From Candidatus Omnitrophota bacterium (lineage in GTDB: Bacteria > Omnitrophota > Gorgyraeia > Pluralincolimonadales > Pluralincolimonadaceae), in NCBI GenBank assembly GCA_003141835.1, contig PLNR01000006.1, forward strand, positions 142,558 to 206,557: a DNA stretch of 64,000 nucleotides, given 5' to 3'. The translations under genes were made by a program, and so were the position numbers. The notes below the pieces were generated by a model. It did not search any database. It worked only from the letters and a program-made list of their open reading frames with translations, and was not told where the DNA came from. Shown piece by piece: positions 26,493 to 37,153 of this stretch (position 1 is the stretch's first letter; each line of letters begins with the position of its first letter).

Positions 26493-27433
26493 TAGGTTTT
26501 TTTGAGAAGATATTTGCGGCCTTTGAGGCTTACATACGAGGACCAGACCTTGTCTCCGCCGGACTGCTGGACGATGATCTCCTTGACCGCGTTCGCCTGC
26601 GAGACGAGCTCGTCGGCCTGGTAGACGATCGTCGCCTCGAGCGTCTTCGGGAGTATCGGCGACTGCTGTTCGTATTCGCCGTGGTGGCTTAAGATGATAT
26701 GCTTGAGGCGCAGGGCGAGGTCCTTCGGGAAGTTCTTGATATTTTTTATCTTCTCGGAGACCATCTCGTAGCCGAGCGTCAGGTGGCCGATCAGCCCGCC
26801 GTCGACCGTGTATTCGAAGGTGCTGATGTCGAGCTCGACGGTCTTGCCGATGTCGTGGGCGAACGCGCCGATCATCACGATGTCGCGGTCGGCGTCGGGA
26901 TAAAGGTCGCAGACCACGCCGCTGATGCGCATCACCTCGTACGTGTGCTCCATCAGCCCGCCGATGTAGGCGTTGTGCCAATTCTGGGCGCCGGGCGATT
27001 TTTTGAATTTCGCCATCAGTTCGTCATCGGAGAGGAACTCCTTCGCCAGCGCCGCGAGCCATTTTTCGGAGATCCCGTCAAGTGCCTCTTTGATATTCTT
27101 GAATATCTCTTCGGGCTTTTCGACGGAGCGGACGAGCTCCTCGAATTTGTATTCTTTCGGCTCGGCAAGGCGTATCTGGTCGACGCGTATCTGCAGGTCG
27201 CCCTTGAATGAATCGACGCGGCCGTTGACGAAGACCGCTTCGCCTGTCGCGACCATTTCGTCGGCGGCCCCGGCATTCTCCCAGACCTTCGCTTCCATCC
27301 GGCCGGTCTTATCCGAGAGCGTTAATTTAAGGAACGGCTTTCCGCCTTGCGTGAGCGCAAGTTCTTTCTTCTTGAGGAAATACACGTCCTCGATCGTATC
27401 GTTTGTCTTGAGGTTTTTTATGAATTTAGGCAT
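26492..27433 (-). CDS. yhaM: OB-fold + HD domain 3'-5' exoribonuclease (YhaM/Cbf1 family)
   Basis: LSDKTG..AKVW; HNAYIGGLMEHT; HDIGK; SHHG; EATIVYQAD. Confidence 0.85.
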   Translation of the reverse strand: MPKFIKNLKTNDTIEDVYFLKKKELALTQGGKPFLKLTLSDKTGRMEAKVWENAGAADEMVATGEAVFVNGRVDSFKGDLQIRVDQIRLAEPKEYKFEELVRSVEKPEEIFKNIKEALDGISEKWLAALAKEFLSDDELMAKFKKSPGAQNWHNAYIGGLMEHTYEVMRISGVVCDLYPDADRDIVMIGAFAHDIGKTVELDISTFEYTVDGGLIGHLTLGYEMVSEKIKNIKNFPKDLALRLKHIILSHHGEYEQQSPILPKTLEATIVYQADELVSQANAVKEIIVQQSGGDKVWSSYVSLKGRKYLLKKT

Positions 27434-27451
27434 GTGCTTATTATACCACCC

Positions 27452-28504
27452 TTATGCCGGGCAGGCTATCTTCCTGCGGTACGCGTTTATCATGAGGATG
27501 ATGAGCAGCGGACCCGCGATCAGGCTCGCGTCATGCGCCATATGAGAATGCGAACCCTTGCCAAGGCCCGTCATTATATTTATATTGAAAGTCTTGTAGA
27601 CATAATTTAAAAGTAACCCCATGCCGACCGCGCATACCGATATGGCCAAAAGATAGATAGCGACTGTCCTCTTCCCCATAAATTTGGCGACCGTGATTAT
27701 CCCCGCGGTATTCGTCGCCGGCCCTGCCAGCAAAAATACGAGTGCCACGCCCGGGCTCATCCCCTTCGCGATCAGCGCCGCCGCGATAGGCGTCGAGGCC
27801 GACGCGCAGATATAAAGCGGGATGCCGATCAAGAGCATTATGAACATCGCGGGCAAGTCGTATCCGAGATAATTTTTTATCAGGTCCGCCGGCACGAAAT
27901 ACGATATCACGCCCCCGGCGATTATGCCCAAGGCAAGCCAGGCGGCTATGTCCCCGAGAAGGTCCACAAAGGCGTATTCCATCGAGTGGATGAACTTGTT
28001 GAAGAAAGAATGCGAGTGCGCGTGTCCGTGGCCTTCCTCCTCGCAGAATACGCATTTTTCTTCTTTAGGCGCCGCAACCGGCTTTTCTTTCTTCCCGAAG
28101 AGGTTTTCCGATATGCCTGCCGTCAGGGCGGTAATAAGGGCCGCGAAAGGCCGGAATACCGTCATCAGCGGGTCGAGCAGCGCGTATGACAGGAATATCG
28201 AGTCTACGCCTGTCTCAGGCGTCGATATCAAAAATGAAAGCGTGGCCCCCTTCGATGCGCCGTTCTTGCGCAGGGACATCGCCGTCGGCAGTACGCCGCA
28301 CGAACAGAGCGGCAGCGGTATGCCGAAGAGCGCCGCCAGGAATACCGACTTGAACCTCGGCTTGCCGAGGTGTTTCACCACTTTTTCGCGGTCGAAGAAA
28401 ATATGGATAAACCCCGCCACGAAAGTCCCGAAAAGTATATACGGCGCGGCGGTGCTGAACGTTTTCCATATCTCTTTTATAAGACCGGTAAGTATTTCAA
28501 CCAT
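27452..28504 (-). CDS. DUF318 permease (SO_0444/ArsP-like metal efflux)
   Basis: PLPLCSCGVLP, FLISTPETG, His-rich loop, PLYICASASTP, LLAGPATN. Confidence 0.88.
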   Translation of the reverse strand: MVEILTGLIKEIWKTFSTAAPYILFGTFVAGFIHIFFDREKVVKHLGKPRFKSVFLAALFGIPLPLCSCGVLPTAMSLRKNGASKGATLSFLISTPETGVDSIFLSYALLDPLMTVFRPFAALITALTAGISENLFGKKEKPVAAPKEEKCVFCEEEGHGHAHSHSFFNKFIHSMEYAFVDLLGDIAAWLALGIIAGGVISYFVPADLIKNYLGYDLPAMFIMLLIGIPLYICASASTPIAAALIAKGMSPGVALVFLLAGPATNTAGIITVAKFMGKRTVAIYLLAISVCAVGMGLLLNYVYKTFNINIMTGLGKGSHSHMAHDASLIAGPLLIILMINAYRRKIACPA

Positions 28505-28580
28505 GGGAACGGGACGGCTCCTTTGCCATATTCTAATATAGTCGGTGAGTTATTTCCATAAGTATTGTATAATAGTGGCC

Positions 28581-29012
28581 ATGGGCAAGATGAATAAAAT
28601 AATTACATTCCTGTCCGGCATATACCTGGCTGTATTCGGGGCGTTCCAGCTCGTCCGCCTCTTACCGCGTTATAATTTCATAATGGGGTTGACCCCCAGC
28701 CCGCATCACACGTTCCTGGCGGTGAACTTCGGCATCTTCTCGACCTTAGGCCTTTTATGCGTGATCATTGGATTGGGGCTCATATACAGGCAGGCCTGGG
28801 CGAGGAGCATGGTGATAATCGCGTCTATATTCTCGCTTTTCTTCGGGATAACTATCGTGGTATGCATGACATGGTTGTATTTTATGCTCCCTTACGGCGG
28901 GGTCGCGGTGAGCGAGACATACACCCTTTATTATTGGGTTTATCTTCTAATATGCCTCATCATAATGCCGGCGTTTTTTCTTATATTTTTTTCCAGGGAA
29001 AAGACGCTGTAA
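28581..29012 (+). CDS. Hypothetical 4-TM membrane protein
   Basis: Four hydrophobic segments, GIGL..WAR-like motif; TATAAT upstream. Confidence 0.65.
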   Translation: MGKMNKIITFLSGIYLAVFGAFQLVRLLPRYNFIMGLTPSPHHTFLAVNFGIFSTLGLLCVIIGLGLIYRQAWARSMVIIASIFSLFFGITIVVCMTWLYFMLPYGGVAVSETYTLYYWVYLLICLIIMPAFFLIFFSREKTL

Positions 29013-29024
29013 GCCTGTTTTAAA

Positions 29025-30758
29025 CTACCAGCCCCCGCCTCCCCCTCCGCCGCCGCCACCTCCCCCGCCTCCCCCTCCGCCGCTGAAACCGGAGCTTGAA
29101 CCCGGAGCGACCGAAGAAGAAGATATGGAACTTGCGAGCGAACCTCCTAATGACGAAAAACCGGTGATGCCTCCGAACCTCGTTACGCCGATACCCGGCC
29201 CTCTATACCAAACCGGCGAGTATCCTTCGCCTCCCGTACCGGCGCGCGATAACACATCGGTGAATTTTTTCGCCCAGGCGTTCTCCAGGTCGAGCGCGAC
29301 AGCGTACGGCAGGTATTTCTCGAAAAGTTCCGGCGTCTTCGCCGGCGCGGCCATGCCTGCTATCTCGTCCTTTTCCGCCGTGCGGAGGTACATTCCGAAA
29401 CCTTCTATCTGGTCCATGACGGTCCTGCCTGCAAGCGTCGGCGCCTTAAGCAGCTGGTAGAAGATAAAATTAAGCGCGGCGAGAATAATAGATGATGCGA
29501 AAGTGCTTAAAGTATCCATGGACGATAATAACGCGACGGAGAGGATGGTAATAATAGATATCACCATGCCGGGGACAAAATATTGCGCGTTGGTCAGGAA
29601 ATATGTCTTCTCGAACTCCGTCTTTAGGGTATCCTTGAGCGAATCTATCGCCCCCGCTACTTCATCGTGATTGGCGTTCTCGAATTTGAAGTACTTCCGC
29701 TCCCCCATAAGCTCATCGGCTATGACCTTTTCTTCCGGGCTTAAGTTCGACGGATCCGCGGGACCGCGGTCTACGGAATAAGTTCCGTCCTCTTCAATTA
29801 TGGTGAAATACCTTTTGACCGCCATATTTATTACTGCCGAGGAGAAACACTTGGCATCATAACCCATATTTTTTATATAACGGATCGCGGACGGAGATAC
29901 GCCTTTCGGCGGCGCAAATAACGGGATTATGGTCCCTTTCGGCGGATTTTTGCCGAAGAGAGCCCAGGTAATGATGAAGTAAACAAAAAGCACGACGACA
30001 CCCAGCGCGCCGGCAGCCAAGCCGGGATTATCACTCAGGAAATACATCCATTTCTCCCGGGCGGTCAGCTCATGCACAAAACCTTTCGGCCAACCGACCA
30101 CGATCGTTAAGCCCTCGCGGGGGGCAAGCGGCCGTGTCGTCACAAAAACCGGCCTGCCCTCATTATCGAAGGATACATTAGAATCTTTCGCGTGCGAACC
30201 TAGCGGCCCGGTGTATTCATCTGTCTTTATCACGTCCCGGGCGATCCCCGCAGGGAGGACCACGGTCGCGGACGCGTTGAGGATCGGGAAATCCCACCCG
30301 TTACCCGTGACATTCCAATAGAGTTCATCGTGGTCCTTGAAAAATCCCAGCTGGCGGTTGGTGTCATATTTTATCGTATATGTATGGACTCCGGGCTGGA
30401 CATAAGTATTTTCGTTGCCTATGTAGACCCTTTCCCCGTTCGAGAGCGCGGCAGTATGATACGGCTCGGGCGTCCCGTCGCGCAGGACCTCTTTCACAGT
30501 AAAACCTACGGAATACCGGAGCGAGGTGCCGTTTTTGTAGATCGTATATTTTGTCGGGAAATCGCGGTATATGCCGTGCCTTATCCGGTAATTCTCGGCG
30601 TTTACCTTTATAGCCTCGATCACCGACATCGTCGAGTCCTGATGTACGGTAATGAGGCTGTCAAAGGAGAGTATGCTTTCGGAGGCACGGGAAACAGGCA
30701 AAGCAAAAAGGATAGCTATGAGGAAGAATACCGCGAAAAGGGATCTTTTCCCAAACAT
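29025..30758 (-). CDS. DUF2207 membrane protein
   Basis: HGIYRDFP, DELYWNVTG, FEKYLPYAVAL, Gly-rich tail ending in W; next to lemA. Confidence 0.9.
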   Translation of the reverse strand: MFGKRSLFAVFFLIAILFALPVSRASESILSFDSLITVHQDSTMSVIEAIKVNAENYRIRHGIYRDFPTKYTIYKNGTSLRYSVGFTVKEVLRDGTPEPYHTAALSNGERVYIGNENTYVQPGVHTYTIKYDTNRQLGFFKDHDELYWNVTGNGWDFPILNASATVVLPAGIARDVIKTDEYTGPLGSHAKDSNVSFDNEGRPVFVTTRPLAPREGLTIVVGWPKGFVHELTAREKWMYFLSDNPGLAAGALGVVVLFVYFIITWALFGKNPPKGTIIPLFAPPKGVSPSAIRYIKNMGYDAKCFSSAVINMAVKRYFTIIEEDGTYSVDRGPADPSNLSPEEKVIADELMGERKYFKFENANHDEVAGAIDSLKDTLKTEFEKTYFLTNAQYFVPGMVISIITILSVALLSSMDTLSTFASSIILAALNFIFYQLLKAPTLAGRTVMDQIEGFGMYLRTAEKDEIAGMAAPAKTPELFEKYLPYAVALDLENAWAKKFTDVLSRAGTGGEGYSPVWYRGPGIGVTRFGGITGFSSLGGSLASSISSSSVAPGSSSGFSGGGGGGGGGGGGGGGGGW

Positions 30759-30768
30759 GGGACCTCCT

Positions 30769-31326
30769 TTATATTTTTACTTCGGGGGCCTGGCGCTCCG
30801 TCGCTAATTCTATTTCAAAAAATTCAGCTTTGCCAAAATGGAAAGAGCCGGCTATCATGCTGCTGGGAAAGGTCTGCGACAGGATATTATAATCGCGGAC
30901 CGTGCCGTTGTAATAACGGCGGGCCATCTGGAGGTTGTCCTCTATATCAACAAGGTTCTTGTGCAGGTCGAGGAAACTCTGGCTGGCTTTAAGTTCGGGG
31001 TACGCTTCTACTACTGCAAAAATTGATTTTAATGAGCGGGAGATCGCATTCTCCGGGCCGGCTTTATCCTGCGGCCCTTCCGCGGCTGTGGCTTTGGAAC
31101 GCAAAGCGGTGACTTCTTCTAGGGTCTTCCTTTCGAATTGCTTGTATCCTTTGACGGCCTCTACGAGGTTCGGGATGAGGTCTGCGCGGCGCTTAAGCTG
31201 GACGTCTATCCCGCTCCAGGCCTCTTTCATCAGGTTCTTGTATTTGATAAGGAGATTATAAGTAAAAACAGTCCATATTACCAGCCCGGCTAAAAGCAAT
31301 AACCCTGCGGTCCCGTATCCCAGCAT
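30769..31326 (-). CDS. lemA: LemA family protein
   Basis: WSGIDVQLKRRADLIPNLV, EAYPELKA, ARRYYN. Confidence 0.93.
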   Translation of the reverse strand: MLGYGTAGLLLLAGLVIWTVFTYNLLIKYKNLMKEAWSGIDVQLKRRADLIPNLVEAVKGYKQFERKTLEEVTALRSKATAAEGPQDKAGPENAISRSLKSIFAVVEAYPELKASQSFLDLHKNLVDIEDNLQMARRYYNGTVRDYNILSQTFPSSMIAGSFHFGKAEFFEIELATERQAPEVKI

Positions 31327-31335
31327 TTTTGCCTC

Positions 31336-32232
31336 CTACTTAGTAAGCGGTTTGCCGTCCAGCGGCGGGCTGATCTTCCCCACGTCCACACCAAACCTGT
31401 CGAGGATAGTCGGGGTGACGTCTGATTGGAAACCCTGCCTTATCCCCCTCGGGTCGTTCGTGGCCATGAAGACGTACGGTGCATAACCGTGGCCCTTTTG
31501 CCCCTCATCAAAACCGTGGTCGGCGGTCACATAGATGATCGTCGTATCGTATAATTTCAGGTCTTTAAGCTTTTTGACGATGTCGCCTGTCAACTTATCG
31601 CAGGCGATGAGCGCGTCGTTGTATTCTTTCGAATTCTCGCCGAATTCATGGCCCTTGCTGTCGATCGCGGCGAACTGCAGGAAAAAGAAGAACGGCCTTC
31701 CTTTGTATTCCTCGAGAAGCCTCTCCGCCTCGCTCGCGACCCTCTGGTCTTCGTTGAGGCCGTTCTTGAATACGTCGGTCTCCTTGGCGGCATTGTAATA
31801 CGGCTTATCGGGGCTGTCGGATTTAAAACGATGGCCCTTATTATAAAGTGCCACCGTCACGAATTTATCGTGCCCGAAATGGTCCTCGAGCCGCTCGAAT
31901 ATCGTATAGCCTTTCGGTATCGCCTGATATTTTTCGTTACTGCGGACGCCCGAGGTCTCGGCTTTATATCCGGTGAGTATCTGCGCGAAACCGGGCTCGG
32001 TCTCGGTCTGGTGGCCCTGGACGTCTATCTCGACGAACGAACCTTCTGACGATAATTTTTTGAGGTACGGGAGTTCGCCGCGGCCGAGGCATTCCTTCAC
32101 GTGGTTCAATTGCGCCCCGTCCCAGCCGATGAGTACTATATCTTTCGGCCGCTCGTTTAATCCCAGCGCATATGATGGGACCGTAATACAGAGCGCGGCG
32201 CAAAACGCCAGGAAAAGCGCAAACCTCTTCAT
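31336..32232 (-). CDS. Secreted alkaline-phosphatase-superfamily enzyme
   Basis: IGWDG, TEPGFAQILTG, DSKGH, TADHG. Confidence 0.8.
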   Translation of the reverse strand: MKRFALFLAFCAALCITVPSYALGLNERPKDIVLIGWDGAQLNHVKECLGRGELPYLKKLSSEGSFVEIDVQGHQTETEPGFAQILTGYKAETSGVRSNEKYQAIPKGYTIFERLEDHFGHDKFVTVALYNKGHRFKSDSPDKPYYNAAKETDVFKNGLNEDQRVASEAERLLEEYKGRPFFFFLQFAAIDSKGHEFGENSKEYNDALIACDKLTGDIVKKLKDLKLYDTTIIYVTADHGFDEGQKGHGYAPYVFMATNDPRGIRQGFQSDVTPTILDRFGVDVGKISPPLDGKPLTK

Positions 32233-34010
32233 TTATTTACCAGTCCGCGTTTGGTGTATGTCGTGTGCAGGAGATGGTGCGACTTCTCCCCGAGCGGCTC
32301 GACCAGGAATTCCTTGTAGATAGCTGTGATCGAGGGGTTCTCGTGCGATTTCCTTATCGGTTTGCCCAGGTCTTCCCTGTATATCGCTTCAGCCCTCTTC
32401 TTTCTCACTTCGGTATTCGTGGGGATGGGCTGTCCGCCGCCGCCGAGGCATCCGCCCGGGCAGCACATTATCTCTATGAAATGGTACGGGGACTTGCCGG
32501 CCTTGACCTCGTCCAGCAATTTCCGCGCGTTCGCCAGGCCGCTCGCGACCGCGACCTTTACCTTCAGCCCGTCGACGTCTACCTCTGCGGATTTTATCCC
32601 TTCGAAGCCGCGGACGGCCTGAAAATCGAGCTTGTCGAGCTTCTTCTTCGTGATGACTTCATACGCGGTCCTTAACGCGGCTTCCATGACGCCGCCTGTC
32701 GCGCCGAATATTACGGCCGCGCCGGTCGACTCGCCGAGCGGATTGTCAAAATCCTCATCGGGAAGTTTATTGAAATCGATGCCCGCTTCTTTTATCATCT
32801 GGGCGGCTTCCCTCGTCGTAAGGACGTAATCGACGTCCGGGAACTTGTCGCTCTCCTTGTATGCCTTCTTGTCTTTCCAGTATTCGAAGGCACTGTCCAT
32901 CTCCGGGCGTTTCGCCTCGAATTTCTTCGCGGTGCAAGGCATTATCGAGACGACTACCATATCTTTCGCGTCTACGCCGGCCTTCTCCGCGTAATAGGTC
33001 TTCGCGACCGCGCCGAACATCTGCTGCGGCGATTTGCAGGTCGAAAGATGGTCGAGGAGATCCGGGAAAAAATGCTCGCTGAACTTTATCCATCCCGGGG
33101 AGCACGATGTTATAAGGGGAAGCACGCCTTTATTCTTTATCCTGTCGATGAGCTCGAAGCCCTCCTCCATAATGGTGAGGTCTGCGGTAAACTGCGTGTC
33201 GAAGACTTTATTGTACCCGAGCCTGCGGAGCGCCGCGGTCATCTTTCCGGTAACAAGCGTCCCGGCAGGCAGGCCGAATTCCTCGCCTATCGCGGCCCTT
33301 ACAGCCGGCGCGGTCTGGACTACGACGGTCTTCTTCGGATCGTGTATAGCCTTCCATACGTCGTCTATCGAGCTCTTCTCTGTCAATGCGCCTGTCGGGC
33401 AGACGAGTACGCACTGGCCGCAGTTAGCGCATTCGACCTTGCCGAGCCCTTCGTTAAAAAATGTCGAGACGATCGTCTTGCTGCCCCTGTTCACGAAATC
33501 GATAGCATTGACCGACTGGACCTGCGAGCAGACCGCGATGCAGCGTCCGCAAAGTATGCATTTGTTGGGGTCGCGTATGATCGACGGGGAGCTCAGGTCG
33601 ACGTCGAAGTCGCGTTTCCGCGTCTTCGCGAACCTGACATCCCTTATGCCGAGGTCCGAGGCCAAGATGCGCAATTCGCAGGTCTCGTTTTTGTCGCAGG
33701 TCGGGCATTCTTTCGGATGGCCCGCAAGGAGGAGTTCGACGTTCATCCTGCGCGCGCCGCGGACTGCCGGCGTGTTTGTGTATATCTCCATACCTTCGGA
33801 GACCTTCGTTATGCACGCCCTCAAAAGGCTCTTGGCGTTCCTGACTTCGACGCAGCAGACGCCGCACGAAGCGTTCTCGGATATCCCCTCGAGATAGCAG
33901 AGCGTCGGTATATCGATCCCCGCTTCCCTGGCCGCCTTAAGTATCGTCGTCCCTTCGGCCGCTTTGTATTCTTTCCCGTCTATCTTTATGTTCATTATCC
34001 TGTCGGCCAT
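32229..34010 (-). CDS. hydA: [FeFe]-hydrogenase group A catalytic subunit
   Basis: H-cluster motifs TSCSPGW, MPCTAKKFE, EIMCCPGGCLGGGGQP; N-terminal 2Fe-2S, His-ligated and 2x4Fe-4S clusters; TAATG start at 34010. Confidence 0.95.
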   Translation of the reverse strand: MADRIMNIKIDGKEYKAAEGTTILKAAREAGIDIPTLCYLEGISENASCGVCCVEVRNAKSLLRACITKVSEGMEIYTNTPAVRGARRMNVELLLAGHPKECPTCDKNETCELRILASDLGIRDVRFAKTRKRDFDVDLSSPSIIRDPNKCILCGRCIAVCSQVQSVNAIDFVNRGSKTIVSTFFNEGLGKVECANCGQCVLVCPTGALTEKSSIDDVWKAIHDPKKTVVVQTAPAVRAAIGEEFGLPAGTLVTGKMTAALRRLGYNKVFDTQFTADLTIMEEGFELIDRIKNKGVLPLITSCSPGWIKFSEHFFPDLLDHLSTCKSPQQMFGAVAKTYYAEKAGVDAKDMVVVSIMPCTAKKFEAKRPEMDSAFEYWKDKKAYKESDKFPDVDYVLTTREAAQMIKEAGIDFNKLPDEDFDNPLGESTGAAVIFGATGGVMEAALRTAYEVITKKKLDKLDFQAVRGFEGIKSAEVDVDGLKVKVAVASGLANARKLLDEVKAGKSPYHFIEIMCCPGGCLGGGGQPIPTNTEVRKKRAEAIYREDLGKPIRKSHENPSITAIYKEFLVEPLGEKSHHLLHTTYTKRGLVNK

Positions 34011-37000
34011 TAGATTGCCTCCTTCACATCGCATCTCAAGCAGCGGGTAGTCTCAGTTTTTACGTCATCCCAGCACAATCCGAGCGATACTTCTTTAAAG
34101 TTCTTCTTCCTGGCTTTCACCGAGAGCGTCTTCGGATACCTCCTGCCCTCAGGGCTCGGCTCGAGCGGGACAATGTTCTTATATTTGAATTTCTTCGACA
34201 GCATCTCTATCCTCTTCTCCCCCATGAGGTCAAGGTCGATCGCCTCGGCAGCTTTTCTGCCTTGGGCCATCGCCTCGACCGCGGTCGCAGGCCCCATGAC
34301 AAGGTCGCCGCCCGCATAAATTTTAGGATCGACGGTCTGGAGCGTGGATTTATCTACTTTTATCGTACCGTCCTCGTTGGCGTCGATGCCGACATTGCGT
34401 ATGAAGCCCGAGTCGACGCGCTCGCCTATGGCGAGTATGACCGAGTTGCAGGTGATCGCCTCGTATGTATCGGTCGCGACAGGCCTTCTCCTGCCGGATA
34501 GGTCGAATTCACCCGGCTTCATCTTGCTTATCTCTATGCCCTTCACTTTTCCTTTTTCGCCGATGATGGATTTCGGAGCGGCAAGGAAGATGAATTTAAT
34601 TCCTTCATGCTCGGCTTCTTTGATCTCTTCTTTATTCGCAGGCATATCCGCTTTCTCGCGGCGGTAGACTACCGTGACGTCGCTGCCGAACCTGAAAGCG
34701 GTCCTGGCCGCGTCTATGGCGACGTTACCGGCGCCGATTATCGCTACTTTCTTGCCTATCGCCGGTTTCTTTCCGGTTGCCACCTGCTCTAAGTATTCGG
34801 TCCCGCGCAGGACTCCTTTAAGGTCCCTGCCGGGGATGTCGAGGTCCATCTCTTTATACGCGCCCGTCGCGAGGAAGATCGTGTCGAACGAACTCTCGAG
34901 TTCACGCAATTTCTTCTCGCTGACTTTAGAGTTAAAAATGAACTTCACCCCGAAGTCCTTGATGAACTTAATCTCCCTTTCAAGGACGTCCTTCGGCAGC
35001 CTGTATGACGGTATGCCGTACATCAGGACGCCGCCGGCCTTCGGTTTCTCTTCGTACACTGTCACCGAATGGCCGAGCCGCGCCAGGTAATAAGCCGCGG
35101 TAAGTCCGGCCGGGCCAGCGCCGACTACGGCGATCTTTTTCCCGGTCGCAGGCAGTTTCTCTTTCAATAACCTGCGCATGACCGGCTTGTCCTTGCCGTA
35201 TTTGTGCATATTATCGGCGACGAAGCGGTGTATCTCGCCCTGGGATACCGGATCGTCGATATCCTCCCTCCTGCAGCGCATCTTGCAATGGAAATGGCAT
35301 ATCCTTCCCGAACTTGCCGGGAAAGGATTGTCGCGCAGGATAAGGTCATACGCGTCGTCCATCTGCTTTTCGTTCACCAATTCGAGGAAGCCCGGGATGT
35401 TCATATGGAGCGGGCAGCTGTTCTCGCACGGAGATAGGAACAGCGACTGGCAAACGCCTGCGTCGCATCTCTTGTCCCTTATGTGCTCCTCGTATTCGTC
35501 CCTGAAATATTTCAGCGTCGTAAGGACCGGGTTCGGCGCTGTCTGGCCGAGGCCGCATATCGCCGTATCCTTTATGACCTTGCCGAGGTCTTCGAGGGTC
35601 TTGATGTTTTCCATCTTGCCCCTTCCCTCGGTTATGTCCTTTAAGATCTTCAACGCCTGCTGTAGCCCCTCGCGGCACGGCGTGCACTTGCCGCACGACT
35701 CGGAAGTGGTGAATTCTATGAAATAGCGGGCGACATCGACCATGCAATTGTCCTGGTCCATGACGACCATACCGCCTGAGCCGAGTATCGCGCCGAGCTG
35801 CGCGAGGTTCTCGTAATCTATCTTGGAATTAAAAAGCGACGCCGGGATGCATCCGCCTGAAGGGCCGCCTGACTGGACCGACTTGATGACCTTATTCTTG
35901 CCGCTACCCTCGCCCATCTGGTAGATGAGAGAAAGTATCGGCGAGCCGAATGGCAGTTCCACAAGCCCCGTATTCTTCACCTTGCCTACGAGCGAAAATA
36001 CTTTTGTGCCGGCGCTCGCCGACGTGCCTGTCTGCGCGAACCACTGGCCGCCCCTGGCGATTATCGCCGGGACGTTGCTTAATGTCTCGACATTATTTAT
36101 GGTCGTGGGTTTGTCCCATAATCCCTTCTCCGCCGGGAAAGGAGGCCTGGGCCTCGGACGGCCGGGCTTGCCTTCGAGCGAGAATATGAGCGCCGTCTCC
36201 TCGCCGCAGACGAACGCGCCCGCGCCCTCGACTATCTGGATGTCAAAACTAAAATTTGTCCCCATTATATTCTTCCCGAGGAAACCCCACTCCTCGGCCT
36301 GGACGAGCGCCTTCTTTATCCTCTGGACCGCCAATGGGTATTCGGCGCGGATGTAGATTATCCCGGCGGTAGCGCCCATCGTATAAGCGGCTATCGCGAT
36401 GCCCTCTATCAGCATGTGCGGGTCGCTCTCTATCTCGTTGCGGTTCATGTAAGCGCCCGGGTCGCCTTCGTCGGCGTTGCACGCTACAAATTTTTGGTCG
36501 GCCTTTATGCCGCGCATGATCTCCCATTTCCTCCACGGCGGAAAACCCGCGCCGCCCCTGCCCCTCAACTTCGAGATCTTGAGCTCTTCTATGATCTTCT
36601 CAGGGGTCATGCTAGTGATGGCTTTATATAACGACTGGTAACCGCCGACCGCTATGTAATCGTCTATGTTCTCGGGGTCTATGAGTCCGCAGTCCCTCAG
36701 GACTATCTTCTTTTGCCCCTTAAAGAACGGCACCTCGTTCCAGATCGGGACTCCTGGCCAACCACGCCCGTATATCACCTTTCCGGTGATGTGGTCCCAT
36801 TCCTCGATCTTGCATAATACCCTTTCCTCATATATGTCGCCCTTCATAGTTTTTTCAACTATCTTCGCGGCGTCCTTCGGTTTGACCTTAGAGAGGATGA
36901 TAAGCGGTTTCCCGGGCATATAAATATTTACCACCGGCTCGTCGGCGCAGAAACCGAAACAGCCGACCTTTCCGAGGGATATCTCGGCCTTCTTCCTGCG

Positions 37001-37153
37001 CAGCGATTTCTCGAGTTCCTTATATACCTCGTCGGCGCCGTTCCCGATGCCGCAGGTGCCCATGCCCACGGAGATCCGCGGCCTGTGCGACAATATCTGC
37101 CTTAGCCTTTTATCGCGTTCGCTGTTCAATTGTTCAAGATTGGCTATGTTCAT
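34010..37153 (-). CDS. hydB: HydB/NuoF-like NAD(H)-FMN subunit fused to a GltD/NfnB-like FAD oxidoreductase
   Basis: GRGGAGFP, NADEGDP, GAFVCGEET, SCGKCTPCREG; then PCENSCP, GRICHFHC, GAGPAG, GAGNVA..YRR, RCLRCD. Confidence 0.9.
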   Translation of the reverse strand: MNIANLEQLNSERDKRLRQILSHRPRISVGMGTCGIGNGADEVYKELEKSLRRKKAEISLGKVGCFGFCADEPVVNIYMPGKPLIILSKVKPKDAAKIVEKTMKGDIYEERVLCKIEEWDHITGKVIYGRGWPGVPIWNEVPFFKGQKKIVLRDCGLIDPENIDDYIAVGGYQSLYKAITSMTPEKIIEELKISKLRGRGGAGFPPWRKWEIMRGIKADQKFVACNADEGDPGAYMNRNEIESDPHMLIEGIAIAAYTMGATAGIIYIRAEYPLAVQRIKKALVQAEEWGFLGKNIMGTNFSFDIQIVEGAGAFVCGEETALIFSLEGKPGRPRPRPPFPAEKGLWDKPTTINNVETLSNVPAIIARGGQWFAQTGTSASAGTKVFSLVGKVKNTGLVELPFGSPILSLIYQMGEGSGKNKVIKSVQSGGPSGGCIPASLFNSKIDYENLAQLGAILGSGGMVVMDQDNCMVDVARYFIEFTTSESCGKCTPCREGLQQALKILKDITEGRGKMENIKTLEDLGKVIKDTAICGLGQTAPNPVLTTLKYFRDEYEEHIRDKRCDAGVCQSLFLSPCENSCPLHMNIPGFLELVNEKQMDDAYDLILRDNPFPASSGRICHFHCKMRCRREDIDDPVSQGEIHRFVADNMHKYGKDKPVMRRLLKEKLPATGKKIAVVGAGPAGLTAAYYLARLGHSVTVYEEKPKAGGVLMYGIPSYRLPKDVLEREIKFIKDFGVKFIFNSKVSEKKLRELESSFDTIFLATGAYKEMDLDIPGRDLKGVLRGTEYLEQVATGKKPAIGKKVAIIGAGNVAIDAARTAFRFGSDVTVVYRREKADMPANKEEIKEAEHEGIKFIFLAAPKSIIGEKGKVKGIEISKMKPGEFDLSGRRRPVATDTYEAITCNSVILAIGERVDSGFIRNVGIDANEDGTIKVDKSTLQTVDPKIYAGGDLVMGPATAVEAMAQGRKAAEAIDLDLMGEKRIEMLSKKFKYKNIVPLEPSPEGRRYPKTLSVKARKKNFKEVSLGLCWDDVKTETTRCLRCDVKEAI

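Noticed and set aside
29028-29085. GC-rich microsatellite or G-quadruplex-like tract
   Set aside because: It encodes the normal poly-Gly tail of DUF2207 proteins.
33034-34013. Long plus-strand ORFs such as 33048-34013, 1094-1957, 47004-47864 and 50363-51397
   Set aside because: They are antisense shadows of well-supported minus-strand genes in GC3-rich DNA and have no recognisable motifs.
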